The notes under the pieces: generated by a model
What the model was told of the DNA's origin: nothing
Databases searched by the model: none
What the model saw: only the letters and a program-made list of their open reading frames with translations
Assembly (NCBI GenBank): GCA_963737265.1
Contig: CAVTRY010000011.1
Coordinates: forward strand, 1,312,001 to 1,376,000
Direction: 5' to 3'
From: an uncultured delta proteobacterium
GTDB taxonomy: Bacteria > Myxococcota_A > Polyangia > Fen-1088
DNA length: 64,000 nucleotides
Position numbers and translations under genes: made by a program
Shown here: one piece after another, positions 43,144-53,563 of the stretch
How positions within the stretch are numbered: position 1 is the first letter of the stretch
How the letters are laid out: each line of letters opens with the position of its first letter

Positions 43144-44097
43144 ACGCGTAAGGGAAACAAGCGGGGACCAGGGTTCGAAAACCGGGTGAGAAGGGCCTGG
43201 ACGGGGGTTGCCAGCCCGGGGAGGGAGCCCAAGAAGCCCGGGGAGGGAGCCCAAGAAGGAGGGGACGAGGACAGGGTTTTGGTCACCTTGGGCGGCAGCA
43301 TAGAGCGGCAATGGCGTCTTCGGGCAGACGGCGGCCCGGGCGGCGCGGTCTACGGGCTGCTTGGGCTAGGCGTGGAACATATCGGTCTGAGCATGGGGCT
43401 TGCGGCGCAGCTCGCGAACCTTCCAGTAGGGCGGCGCCCTCGCCGGGGCCAGGGGTGGTGGCTCGGTCGGCTCTCCCAGGTGGCGCAGGAACCTGGCGAT
43501 GTTCTCGGGCTCCTGCACCAGCGATTTGAGCTTCATCTTGCCCCCGCACTTCGGGCAACGGTCGATGTCTTCCTTGAAGGTTTTCTTGGCGAGGATGGCC
43601 CACGGGATGTAGGCGCAGCGATGGGTAGGGGGGGTGCTTGCGGGTTTGGCGGCATCGCCCTGGGGCGGAGGCGGGGGTAGCGGCACGATCAGAGGGCGGA
43701 GCTTAGCGGCGGGGGCGAGAACACCGGAGTAGCGCACCCCATGCAACCTTGGCGGAGGAATCGTGGTGGCAAGACGGCAAAGCAACGAGAGCGGATCCAT
43801 GTCGACGGCGTAGGTGCCGTCTCGGAAAGGCTTGCGGAGCGTGATGCGGACCAGACCGTCTGGCAGAAGGCTCAGGCGCTCTTGGGCCAGGGGCGGGCGA
43901 AGCACGTACTTGCACAGGGCTTCGCGGCCACGAGCGTCTTCGGCGCCAGCGCGGGTGGCAGCATGCAGGGAGAACCCGAACTCGGTGACGGAAAGGGGCG
44001 CTGTCACTTCGACGCCGGGGTGGCCGCGCAGCATCACGGGTTCGGGGCGGCGGCGCAACTCGGGGCCAGCAGGCGGCAGGCCAGACACGGCGGCGGC
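43144..44097 (-). mobile_element. IS91-like copy 3 (3' half of transposase plus conserved end)
   Basis: Reverse complement of about 20160-21086; transposase stop at 43366. Confidence 0.9.
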
Positions 44098-44322
44098 AGA
44101 TCGACCTTCCCGCGCTGGGGGATCCGCAGTGTGAGGAATTAACCCACGACCACGACCCGGCTCTTTCCGCAGCCCGCCGGTTCCACCCGCACCTGGCGAT
44201 GGTGCCGATTTCTTGCCCGATGGCAGCGTGTTTTCGCAGCTCTGCCTGCCAACGCGGCCATTCCGCGGAAAGCTGGCCCTCGGCGACGTGGGTGGTGAGC
44301 CACTGCGCAACTGGTCGTGAAA

Positions 44323-44724
44323 TTAGTTTTCCCAATCCTCCCAGCGTAGCCCCGGGACCCGGCCGAATTCCTTCACGTTGTGGGTGACCAACACCAAGTC
44401 ATTGGCCAGCGCCATGGCCGCGATGAGCAGATCATTCGGGCCAATCAATTTTCCCGCGCGATGAAGGTCCGCGCGGATTCGACCATAGTAGTTCGCGGCC
44501 CCGTCGTCGAACGCGACGCTGGTGAAAGGGAAAAGGAAGGTTTCGAGCAAACTCAGATTCGCTTCGATCCGGCTGGAATTGCGCGCGCCGAATTGCAGCT
44601 CTGCCCGGACGACGCTGCCAATGCGCACTTCGGTGGGCGTAAGTTGGCGCAGCTTCTCGATGGCCTTCGAACTGCGCCCCGTGAGGATTCCGATACAGAC
44701 ATTCGTGTCGAGAAGGAACGGCAT
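44323..44724 (-). CDS. vapC: VapC PIN-domain toxin
   Basis: LLDTNVCI, AELQFGA, IGPNDLLIAA and LVTHNVKEF.RVPGL motifs. Confidence 0.92.
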   Translation of the reverse strand: MPFLLDTNVCIGILTGRSSKAIEKLRQLTPTEVRIGSVVRAELQFGARNSSRIEANLSLLETFLFPFTSVAFDDGAANYYGRIRADLHRAGKLIGPNDLLIAAMALANDLVLVTHNVKEFGRVPGLRWEDWEN

Positions 44725-44725
44725 C

Positions 44726-44947
44726 TCAGAATCGTGCCCTTTTCTCGAGCCGGCCCTGTGTCGGTCGCTTGGGCGCCCCGCCCAGCCACTTGCCGACGAC
44801 TGCCTCGAAGTAGCCCTCGGGCCAGCCGCCACCTACCTCCCGCTCGACCAGTTCGGCCAGGTACCGGGACACGGAAATCCCCCTCGCTTCGGCCCGTTTG
44901 CGGATCACATCCGCTGCGGCGTCTGGTACGTAACAGTGCATTTGCAT
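44726..44947 (-). CDS. RHH-type antitoxin (VapB-like)
   Basis: MHCYVPD..KRAEARGISVSRYLAELV..WPEGYF; directly upstream of vapC. Confidence 0.8.
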   Translation of the reverse strand: MQMHCYVPDAAADVIRKRAEARGISVSRYLAELVEREVGGGWPEGYFEAVVGKWLGGAPKRPTQGRLEKRARF

Positions 44948-45063
44948 GGAACATTCTCTAGCATATATGTGGCATATGTGCCAGCGCCGGTATCGCACCC
45001 GGTTGCGAAGGATTTTTCTGCCCGTTTGGGGTGCGACCCCTGCGATTGACCCCTAAAGAATGA

Positions 45064-45411
45064 TCAGAATAGCCCCGCGACGACGGCTAGCAATCGATCG
45101 AGGACGACGGGTTTCTTGAGGACGGGAACTTGATTGGGCGCGCGCGAGGGATCGGAGGTCGAGATCAGCACGGGGATATCGGCCAGTCCGGGGTCGACCT
45201 GCATCGCAAGGTAAACCTCGGTACCGCTCATCACGGGCATGATGATATCAAGAATGACCGCGCAGGGCCGCTCGAGCGTTCGTAAGAGCCGAAGCGCTTC
45301 TCTCCCATTGCTCGCGACCAAGATGCTGTATCCTTCCTCCGCAAGGGCGTCGCGAAGAGACTCGCGTATGTCGGCCTCGTCGTCGGCGATGAGCACTGTC
45401 TTCTGACTCAC
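45064..45411 (-). CDS. Single-domain response regulator
   Basis: LIADDE, ILDIIMPVMSG and KKP motifs. Confidence 0.9.
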   Translation of the reverse strand: MSQKTVLIADDEADIRESLRDALAEEGYSILVASNGREALRLLRTLERPCAVILDIIMPVMSGTEVYLAMQVDPGLADIPVLISTSDPSRAPNQVPVLKKPVVLDRLLAVVAGLF

Positions 45412-46667
45412 GAAACGCCTCGCGCGGAGTCTTGCCTCGTGAAACCAGGCGCCGCCAAGTCGCGCGGTAGACGAACAATCAGATGTGTCCCGTCTTCTTC
45501 CGACGACGTGGCGTGGATGGTTCCGGAATGGGCGAACGCAATCTGCTGGCTGATGAAGAGCCCAAGGCCAAGACCGTTGGAGCGCTCTTGCTTTTCAGGC
45601 GTTCCACTTCTGAAGGGGTCGAACAAGACCGGAAGAAGGTCGGCAGGCACGGTACCGGTATTGTGGACATCCAGTTGTACGGGGGACGGTAAGGTCCCAT
45701 CACAGGAAATCGCCACTTGCAGCGCTGGATCGCCGTGCGTGAGGGCGTTTCCGAGCAGGTTCGAGACGAGCTGCACGATTCGATCGGCGTCCCACACCCC
45801 AGTGGTATCGCCGCTCGATACGAACGCGATCCTTCGCGTGGGGGCTGTGTTATCGAATTCGTCGATGGCGATGCGACAGATCTCGGCCAAATCGGCACGC
45901 TGTGGTTTGATGGGAATGCCCCGTCCGAGGCGAATACGCGTGAAGTCGAGAACTTGGTCGATCATGCGGCCCATCCTTCCGGCGCTGTTCAGGATGCGGG
46001 ATGAGGTCTTGATCACCTTCTCCGACTCGCCCCGACGCTGAAGAAGGCTTGCCCCGGTCATAATGGCCGAGAGCGGATTGCGCAAGTCGTGTCCTAGGAT
46101 CCCAACGAACATTTCGCTGAATCGAACGGTACGCAGAAGATCCTCGTTCTGGCGGCGGAGATCCTCTTCTAGCTTCTTGCGGTCGCTGATGTCGCGGGTA
46201 AGACATCGTGAATGGACGAATTCTCCATCACGCATAAAGACGTTCGAGTGCAAGAGGACGTGTTTGATCGAGCCGTCCCTGGCACGCAGCCCCATCTCGT
46301 ACGCGCGGATAGTCTCGTTGCGCTTGAGGCGGGCAAGGATATCGACGGCGACCTCCGAGTCTACGTGGAATTCGGCGATATTGTGTCCCACGTATTCATC
46401 CTTGGTATAGCCTAGCAACTCAAGCTCTGCCTGATTGGCGGCGAGAATGACACCGTCCGCCGCGACCCAGCGTAAGCCGTCGGCGGAGCTTTCGATGAAG
46501 TCGGCGAGTTCTTGCTGACTCTCCTGCATGGCTTTTTCCGCGCGCACGCGCTCGACGCGTGCCTGGCGTAGAGCCGCTTCAAGTCGCTCTCTTTGCTCGA
46601 CCTCATTCTGCAAGGCGGCGGTGCGGCGGCGCAAACCGCCCGCACCAGTATTGAGCAGGCGATTCAT
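45408..46667 (-). CDS. PAS sensor histidine kinase
   Basis: PAS domain; GHDLRNPL, NLLGNA and GLGLGL motifs. Confidence 0.92.
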   Translation of the reverse strand: MNRLLNTGAGGLRRRTAALQNEVEQRERLEAALRQARVERVRAEKAMQESQQELADFIESSADGLRWVAADGVILAANQAELELLGYTKDEYVGHNIAEFHVDSEVAVDILARLKRNETIRAYEMGLRARDGSIKHVLLHSNVFMRDGEFVHSRCLTRDISDRKKLEEDLRRQNEDLLRTVRFSEMFVGILGHDLRNPLSAIMTGASLLQRRGESEKVIKTSSRILNSAGRMGRMIDQVLDFTRIRLGRGIPIKPQRADLAEICRIAIDEFDNTAPTRRIAFVSSGDTTGVWDADRIVQLVSNLLGNALTHGDPALQVAISCDGTLPSPVQLDVHNTGTVPADLLPVLFDPFRSGTPEKQERSNGLGLGLFISQQIAFAHSGTIHATSSEEDGTHLIVRLPRDLAAPGFTRQDSARGVS

Positions 46668-48073
46668 GCTGTGTCGCTCTCGTCGGGCAAAATCGTCGAC
46701 GTCTCGGACTTGGGGTCGCTGTGCCGCAGTTTTTCCCAGAGTGTCTTGCGTGAAATGCCCAACAGCTCTGCCGCGCGACTACGCTTGCCCTCTGCGGCGT
46801 CGAGAGCGCGCAGGAGATACTGGTGTTCGAAGTCTCGCAGTGCGAGATGGAGCGGACGCACCGATTGTGGCTGCGTGGTTTCGAACGGGGTCTTTGCGGG
46901 CCCTGGGCCGCAAGCAATGGTGGGCGGCAGGTGCGCGATATCAATGTCCCGCCCATCCGCCAAGAGCGTCGCATGCTCGACGGCGTGCGACAGCTCGCGC
47001 ACATTGCCAGGAAAAGGATAGCGAGCCAAGGCTCCCCACGCGGCGGGCGAGATCCCGGGAAGATACTCTTGGGGCCCGGCAAATCGCTTGATGAAGTGTC
47101 GAAGCAGGATGGGCAGGTCTCCTGGGCGCTCGCGAAGGGGCGGCAGCGGAATCTCGATGACGTTGATGCGATAGTAGAGATCCTCTCGAAATGAGCCCGT
47201 CTTGACCCGATGGGCCAGGTTGCGATTCGTGGCGGAGACGATCCGGACGTTGACCCGAACTGGAACATTGCTGCCCACAGGTTCGAAAGACCCTTCCTGT
47301 AGAACCCGTAGTAACTTCGCTTGAGCGGCGAGGGGCAGTTCCGCGAGTTCGTCGAGCAGCAGCGTGCCACCATCCGCTGCCTTGAAGCGGCCGTCCCGCC
47401 TCTTCACCGCATCGGTAAATGCCCCTCGCTCGTGGCCGAATAGTTCGGCCTCGACGAGATTTTCGGCCAGCGCGCCGCAGTTCACGGCGACGAATGGTTG
47501 GTCCCGGCGAGCACTTTGCTGGTGGATTAGCCTTGCGACAACTTCCTTTCCCGTGCCGCTCTCACCCGTTACCAGGACCGGAGCCTCACTTTGGGCAACC
47601 ATCGCAACCAGGTCTTGTACACGGCGGATGGCGGAGGATTGTCCAAGCAAGGCCATGTTGGGATTGCCCGTGGATAGCTCGTGACGGACGTCGTTCAGCT
47701 CACGCCGCAAGACTTGGTTTTCTTCGATACGCTGAACCTGCAGCAAGAGCTCGTCCACGTCGAACGGCTTACGTAGGTAGTCGTAGGCGCCCTCCTTGAG
47801 GGCCGACACAGCCTGCGCCACATCCGAGCTCGCGGTCATCATGATGACCGCGGTGGCAGGAGCCTCTTTACGGATGCGCCGAAGAAGGGTTAGCCCGTCG
47901 ACGCGGGGCAGGCGAACGTCACAGATCACGACGTCGTAGGCTCCATGGTCGAGCAGGCGTGCGCCCGCCTCGCCATCGGCTGCCGTTTGTACCCGATGAC
48001 GGGTTTCGCCAAGCTGGTCCTGCAGCAACGCAAGTAGGTCAGGCTCATCATCCAGCAAAAGTATGTCCAGCAC
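46664..48073 (-). CDS. Sigma-54-dependent response regulator (NtrC family)
   Basis: Receiver domain; GESGTGKE, GAFTDA, FREDLYYR, PGNVREL and HTH motifs. Confidence 0.93.
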   Translation of the reverse strand: MLDILLLDDEPDLLALLQDQLGETRHRVQTAADGEAGARLLDHGAYDVVICDVRLPRVDGLTLLRRIRKEAPATAVIMMTASSDVAQAVSALKEGAYDYLRKPFDVDELLLQVQRIEENQVLRRELNDVRHELSTGNPNMALLGQSSAIRRVQDLVAMVAQSEAPVLVTGESGTGKEVVARLIHQQSARRDQPFVAVNCGALAENLVEAELFGHERGAFTDAVKRRDGRFKAADGGTLLLDELAELPLAAQAKLLRVLQEGSFEPVGSNVPVRVNVRIVSATNRNLAHRVKTGSFREDLYYRINVIEIPLPPLRERPGDLPILLRHFIKRFAGPQEYLPGISPAAWGALARYPFPGNVRELSHAVEHATLLADGRDIDIAHLPPTIACGPGPAKTPFETTQPQSVRPLHLALRDFEHQYLLRALDAAEGKRSRAAELLGISRKTLWEKLRHSDPKSETSTILPDESDTA

Positions 48074-48310
48074 GGTTCTGCCTCTTTGTTACTGTTTTGA
48101 AACCAGCGGTGTCGATTGGTTACTGGTTCGAAGCGTGATTCTGAGCGCTTTGCACTCCCAGGGCGTTTGGCGTCGCCTTCAGGTGCTTTCTGGCTTTCGG
48201 TCTACAAGTTTCATGCCGCCGGGGCTTCTTGGCATGGTTCATGTAGTGCATGGAGTCGCCAGATATGGATGGACCCCGCGTACACAAACCGTTACCAAGT
48301 AGGAGTGGAA

Positions 48311-48889
48311 ATGCCCAAGGAGACAGAGTCCAATCATCCCTTCCTGACAGACATCAAGGAACTGAGACGCCGCGCTCAACAACACATCGAGAAGGGCGCA
48401 GTCACCGAAGGTTACCGCGGGGACCGAGCGGTCGTGCTTCGTCTTCTCAATGAAGCACTGGCAACCGAGATCGTCTGCGTTCTTCGTTACAGGCGCCACT
48501 ATTATATGGCCACTGGACTCAGCGCCGAGGCCGTTGCTGCGGAGTTTCTGCAGCATTCAATAGAGGAACAAGGACACGTGGACCAAATTGCGGCGCGGAT
48601 TACCCAACTTTGTGGCGAACCCGACTTCAATCCCGAGGGTTTGGCGATGCGCAGCCATTCCGAATATGTTCCGGGGGACGGTCTCCTCAGCATGATTAAG
48701 GAAGATCTCGTGGCCGAACGGATTGCAATCGACTCGTACAGCGACATGATTCGTTACATCGGCGACAACGATCCGACAACTCGCCGGATGCTGGAAGCCA
48801 TTCTCGCCGTCGAGGAAGAACATGCCGAGGACATGAAGACGCTGATTGAATCCATCGGGCGAGAGGGTCTCGTAGGCGCTCAGTCATGA
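48311..48889 (+). CDS. Ferritin-like / bacterioferritin-family protein
   Basis: LNEALATE, EEQGH, EDLVAERIAI and EEEHAED di-iron motifs; AGGAG RBS. Confidence 0.88.
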   Translation: MPKETESNHPFLTDIKELRRRAQQHIEKGAVTEGYRGDRAVVLRLLNEALATEIVCVLRYRRHYYMATGLSAEAVAAEFLQHSIEEQGHVDQIAARITQLCGEPDFNPEGLAMRSHSEYVPGDGLLSMIKEDLVAERIAIDSYSDMIRYIGDNDPTTRRMLEAILAVEEEHAEDMKTLIESIGREGLVGAQS

Positions 48890-50353
48890 GGTAGGCGGCC
48901 CGCGGAGTCATCCGCGGGCCGGCCTGGACTGCCCCCGGCGCCAAGGTCATTCCCCTGCACTGCGGCGTCCTCGGCCGATTCGTTCGTCTCCGCCGCAGTC
49001 AGGCCCGCGTCGCGCAGCTTCTCCCATAGGGTTTTGCGCGAAATGCCGAGGAGCGCTGCCGCTTTGGTTCGCTTACCGTTGGCCACCTTCAAGGCCCGTT
49101 GCAAGTACTCTTGTTCAAACTCGCGAAGAGCTACCTGCAGCGGACGCACACGATTCGCGTTGCCGGGCGCTCCGGATTCGACAGACGTTCGATCGTTCAC
49201 CATCGCCGGTGGAAGATGCTGGAGGTCGATCTCCTTTCCTCCGGAAAGTACCATCGCGTGCTCAACAGCATGGGAAAGCTCGCGAACGTTTCCGGGAAAC
49301 GGATACTGCATCAGCGCCGCCCAAGCCGCTGGCGTGATAGTGGGAGGAGGCGCCCCCTTCGCGGTAAGACGCTCGAACGAAGTGGCGCAGGAGAAGGGGC
49401 AAATCGCCGGAGCGCTCTCGCAGTGGCGACACTAGAATTTCGATGACGTTTACCCGATAGAAAAGGTCTTCGCGAAAAAGGCCGGCTTTGACTCGCTCGG
49501 CGAGATTGCGGTGGGTTGCCGAGATGATGCGGGCGTCAACACGCACCGGCGTATTGGTTCCAAGCGGTTCGAAGGTTCCTTCTTGCAGGACGCGCAACAG
49601 CTTGGCTTGAGCGGCAGCGGACAACTCGGCGATCTCGTCAAGAAACAGCACGCCGCCATCAGCAGCCTTGAAGCGCCCATCACGTCGCTTGACCGCTCCG
49701 GTGAAGGCGCCGCGCTCATGACCAAAGAGCTCGGCTTCGACCAAGTTCTCGGCCAAGGCCCCGCAGTTGACCGCCACGAAGGGCTTTTTCCGGCGGGCGC
49801 TGTTGTCGTGGAGCAGCCGGGCAACCACCTCCTTGCCGGTTCCGCTCTCGCCCCTGATCAGCACGGGCGCATCACTGTGGGAGACCATTGAGGTCAGCTC
49901 GAGAATCCGCCTGATGGCAGGGGATTCGCCAATGAGAGGGGCCTTGCGGTCCGTCAGCTCGCCGCGCGCTTTCTCGAGTTCGCGACGCAGCGCCTTGTTT
50001 TCGGCAATGCGGCGGATTTGCACCAAGAGCTCGTCGACATCGAAGGGTTTGGCGAGGTAGTCATAGGCACCCTCCTTGAGTGCGGACACCGCCTGTGCGA
50101 CATGGGCATAGGCGGTCATCAAAATGACCTCAGTCGAAGGGGTTTCTTTGCGAATATGTCGCAGCAACTTCAGGCCATCGAGCCGCGGCAAGCGCACGTC
50201 GCAAATCACCACGTCGAAGGTGCGCCGCATAAGGTGGTCCATCCCTTCTTCACCGTCGGCGGCTTTCTGCACGCGGCACCCGACCTCGCGAAGCTGCTCG
50301 TCCAAAAGCTCGCGCAGATCAGGCTCGTCGTCGATAAGAAGAATATCCAGCAC
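48880..50353 (-). CDS. Second sigma-54-dependent response regulator; frameshift near 49310-49380
   Basis: Paralog of 46664-48073 (GESGTGKE, GAFTGA); the PGNVREL + HTH part is in another frame (48880-49311). Confidence 0.85.
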
Positions 50354-50474
50354 TTGGCCCCAGAGCTGACGAAAGGTGAGTTTGCCCAGCTCGGCAGCTG
50401 GGCGTCGGATGGGGTCTAGCAGAGAACGACGATGATTCCATGGGGAGTTGTGGCACTCCCGATCAGGCGTGGCT

Positions 50475-50846
50475 CTATGCGCGGTGGTCGAGGGACAAAG
50501 GACCTGCAAGCTGCGATTGCACTGCGCGACGTACCGCCTCAACCCATTGAGGACGCAGGTGGGTGGCTCTGGCCAGGCTCGCCAGGAGGCGCTCTGGGGT
50601 GCCGCAGTCGACCCAGCCGGAGTCCTTCATCTTCACGACGGCCATGCCTTTGGCATTCTGCAATAGGGCCCGACTGAAATCGGCAGCTGGGATGGACTGA
50701 TAAATCAGGTCGAGAAGCGTCCTGTTCTGTTCGGCGCTCACGCTCCGTCGCGCGAGAAGCTCGATGTAGGGCGTGAACAACATGGTTTGATGGGGCATGT
50801 GTCTCTGGGCTTGCATCCAGAAGCTTTCGACGGACCCCGCGACAAT
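50475..50846 (-). pseudogene. Mannose-1-phosphate guanylyltransferase-like C-terminal fragment
   Basis: IYQSIPAADFSRALL..SGWVDCGTPERL; 5' part replaced by ISL3. Confidence 0.6.
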
Positions 50847-51407
50847 CCGCCCATCACGCTTTCGGGTGAGCTTCCGTCGAGGGTCAGTGGCAGCATGAGA
50901 AATACAGGATCTGCATGAGGTTGTCGGGGTTGCGGTAGCCGTGGCCACGCTGGCTGATGCCGCGAACACGTGAATTGTTGCCTTCGAGGGCTGCGTTGGA
51001 AAGACCGTGCTTGGCCCAGGCAATAACGCCCGACCAATGGCGCTTAATCATGTTCCAGAATCGCTTCAACGAGCCAAGTCGTTGCCAGCGTAATAGGCGA
51101 CGCCAGTGGTCGAGTGCTGCAGCCATACCGACCTCAGTGTGATAGCCCCATACGACGTCGAACTGCTCCTTGAGCAGGTACGCTACCTGGAGACGTCGGT
51201 TGAGGCGGAATAGCTCGTCAAGCTCGCGACGGCGACGCCAGTGAAGACGACGACGCTTCTTGAGCAGGAGGAACTTCTTGCCTCGGATGGCCTCGCGATA
51301 CAGGCCACCCTTGCGCCAAAATTCCGCCTTGCGGACCTGGTCGACGGCGTCGGTGAGGTGGTGCTCGATGTGGAATCGGTCGAAGACGAGGTCAGCCTGT
51401 GGGGCAT
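50847..51407 (-). mobile_element. ISL3-family transposase remnant (3' half, frameshift near 51181)
   Basis: VFDRFH, YLLKEQF and SNAALEGNNSRVR...GYRN motifs. Confidence 0.85.
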
Positions 51408-51509
51408 GTTAGCTCGTACACGATGGGCGGCTATATTCACATCCTCTTGGTTCTTGCCATTGTGGCGGTACTTGTGCGTCTCATTACGGGCCGAAGGATT
51501 CTTCAGTAG
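51408..51509 (+). pseudogene. lmo0937/DUF5670-like small membrane protein, 5'-truncated
   Basis: Manual translation: VSSYTMGGYIHILLVLAIVAVLVRLITGRRILQ*. Confidence 0.65.
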
Positions 51510-51637
51510 TTACGCAAGCCGCCCACGCTGGCCGCTTGCCGAACACTCTCACGCTACCGCTCGCGGGGCGCGCGAACCGTCTCCCTCCGTGTCCCCAACG
51601 TCGTGCCATGACTGCTGTTTCAACCCGGAAGGTAGCT

Positions 51638-53563
51638 CTAGATCATCGGCATCGGCTTCAACAACACCGCCGCAAATCCAGGAATGTGCCAGCCGCTATC
51701 CGCGGACTCGGGTTCACTACATCCGTAGCCGCCATAGCGAGGATCTTCGCTGGACCAAAGGATCCGCCAGCAGCCGTGACTGGGGCTTTGGGGGGGGGCC
51801 AGCAACGGCTCGCTGGGAGTCGGGATATCGAGACCTGCGCCAAGGTTGACGATCAGCAGGCGGTCCTGGGTGCGTGAATAGGATGCCGCGCCGTCGGCGA
51901 AATAGCGCAGAAGCCCGCAATTGGAGCTGAGCTCGGCGACCTCCAACGCGACCGCAGACGAAGCCTGGGAACGGATTGTTGGATCATCGCGGCGAATTGC
52001 CAAAAGATCCTGGTGGAGCTGGAGGACACGGCGATGTTGGGGCGTGGCGCGCTCTTCCCAGCGCAGTTTGCTCGACGCGTAGGTGTCGTCGGAGGCGGGA
52101 TCCAGCATGAGGTCTCGACCGCCCTCGGACGCGCATCCTGGGAACTGCGACAGGAACTCCATCCTTCCCGCCCGTACTAGCTTGGCCAATTCGGGGTGGT
52201 GGTCGGCGAAGTAGTGAAAGGGTGTCGTTGCATTCCATTCTTGGCCCTGGAACAAGAGTGGTGTCCATGGACCCAACAGCAAGAGGGCGGTCATCGCGCG
52301 CTGGCAGCCGGCACTGCTCTGCTTCCACAGTCGCTCGCTCCACATCGAGTTCGAGAGCTGATCGTGATTTTCGAGAAAGGCCACGAATGCAGCGGCGGGA
52401 AGGCCACGCGCAGAATGGCCGCGCGACTGCTTTTGCCAGGCGGAGCGTTGACCCTGGAAAAGAAGGCCGTGTCGTGCGGCGGCCAGCCATTCATTGGCAG
52501 TTCCGAAATAGTCGCTGTAATAGGCTTGCCGGCGACCCGTGAGGGCCACCGCGGCGCTGTGGTGAAAGTCGTCGTTCCACATCGCATCCAGGCCCATGCC
52601 GCCGAGATCGGTCGCATGCAGCAGTCGACTCTCCTGGCGCTCGTCTTCTGCAATGAGCAGCAGCCGGCGTCCGCCGGCGGCGGTTCTGGCCTCTCTGCCA
52701 AGGACTGCCAGGATGTGTTCCGCAGAATCGTCGAGGATATGTTGTGTAGCGTCCAGACGGAGCCCGTCGAGGTGATACTCGTCAATCCAATGCACGGCAT
52801 TGTCGACCACGAACTGACGAACGGCGGTAGACTGCTCGCCATCGTAGTTGAGGCTTCGGCCCCATTCGTTATGGCGGTCGCTGAGGTAGTGAGGGGAAAA
52901 CCGGTGGAGATAGTTTCCATCCGGTCCGAGGTGGTTATAGACCACGTCCAGAATCACGCCGAGCCCCAAGCGGTGGGCCTGGTCGATGAAGCGGCGAAGG
53001 TCGTCCGGGGTTCCGTAAAGATGGGACGGGGCGAACCAAGCCACCCCGTCGTAGCCCCAGCCGAAACGGCCAGGAAATTCAGCGACCGGCATCATTTCGA
53101 TCACGGTGATACCGAGTTCCTTGAGCGCCGGAAGTTTGCTACTGGCGGCTGACCATGTCCCCTCCGCCGTAAAGGTACCCACGTGCATCTCATAGATGAC
53201 TTCGTTCTTCAGCGACAGTCCGGTCCAAGCAAGGTCGTCCCAGGTGAAATCGCGCGGATCGACCACCTCGGAAACGCCATGAGGCCCATCGGGTTGCGAT
53301 CGGGATGCGGGATCGGGGAGGCTTTGGCTATCGTCGTCGTCCAATCGATACTGGTATCTCGTTCCGCTGCCGATACCCGGCACCATGACGGACCAGTAGC
53401 CATGCTGCTCCGGAACTAGGGAGTGAATGTCGCCTGTGCTCTGAATGGCAACTCGAACCTTGCGCAACTGCGGGGCCCAGACGCGAAAGTGAACGCCGCC
53501 GTCGACCATTTCGGCGCCTTGGGCGAGGCGGCGAGATACCGACATCTTTGCTGGGGCGCTCAT
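51638..53563 (-). CDS. treZ: Malto-oligosyltrehalose trehalohydrolase
   Basis: FRVWAP, PDPASRSQPDG, WGYDG, DVVYNHLGPDGNY, GLRLDA, NDDFHH and ENHDQ motifs. Confidence 0.93.
   Translation of the reverse strand: MSAPAKMSVSRRLAQGAEMVDGGVHFRVWAPQLRKVRVAIQSTGDIHSLVPEQHGYWSVMVPGIGSGTRYQYRLDDDDSQSLPDPASRSQPDGPHGVSEVVDPRDFTWDDLAWTGLSLKNEVIYEMHVGTFTAEGTWSAASSKLPALKELGITVIEMMPVAEFPGRFGWGYDGVAWFAPSHLYGTPDDLRRFIDQAHRLGLGVILDVVYNHLGPDGNYLHRFSPHYLSDRHNEWGRSLNYDGEQSTAVRQFVVDNAVHWIDEYHLDGLRLDATQHILDDSAEHILAVLGREARTAAGGRRLLLIAEDERQESRLLHATDLGGMGLDAMWNDDFHHSAAVALTGRRQAYYSDYFGTANEWLAAARHGLLFQGQRSAWQKQSRGHSARGLPAAAFVAFLENHDQLSNSMWSERLWKQSSAGCQRAMTALLLLGPWTPLLFQGQEWNATTPFHYFADHHPELAKLVRAGRMEFLSQFPGCASEGGRDLMLDPASDDTYASSKLRWEERATPQHRRVLQLHQDLLAIRRDDPTIRSQASSAVALEVAELSSNCGLLRYFADGAASYSRTQDRLLIVNLGAGLDIPTPSEPLLAPPQSPSHGCWRILWSSEDPRYGGYGCSEPESADSGWHIPGFAAVLLKPMPMI

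Noticed and set aside
42228-43301. 357-aa ORF as a functional IS-GH5 fusion protein
   Set aside because: Both termini are read from IS end sequence and the catalytic nucleophile region is absent.
45030-45060. TGCGATTGACCCCT as a second ISAs1 end
   Set aside because: The match is weak and in the wrong position to pair with the 42270 end.
49300-49390. Deliberate split of the second sigma-54 activator
   Set aside because: The paralog is continuous over this region; it looks like an indel error or recent decay.
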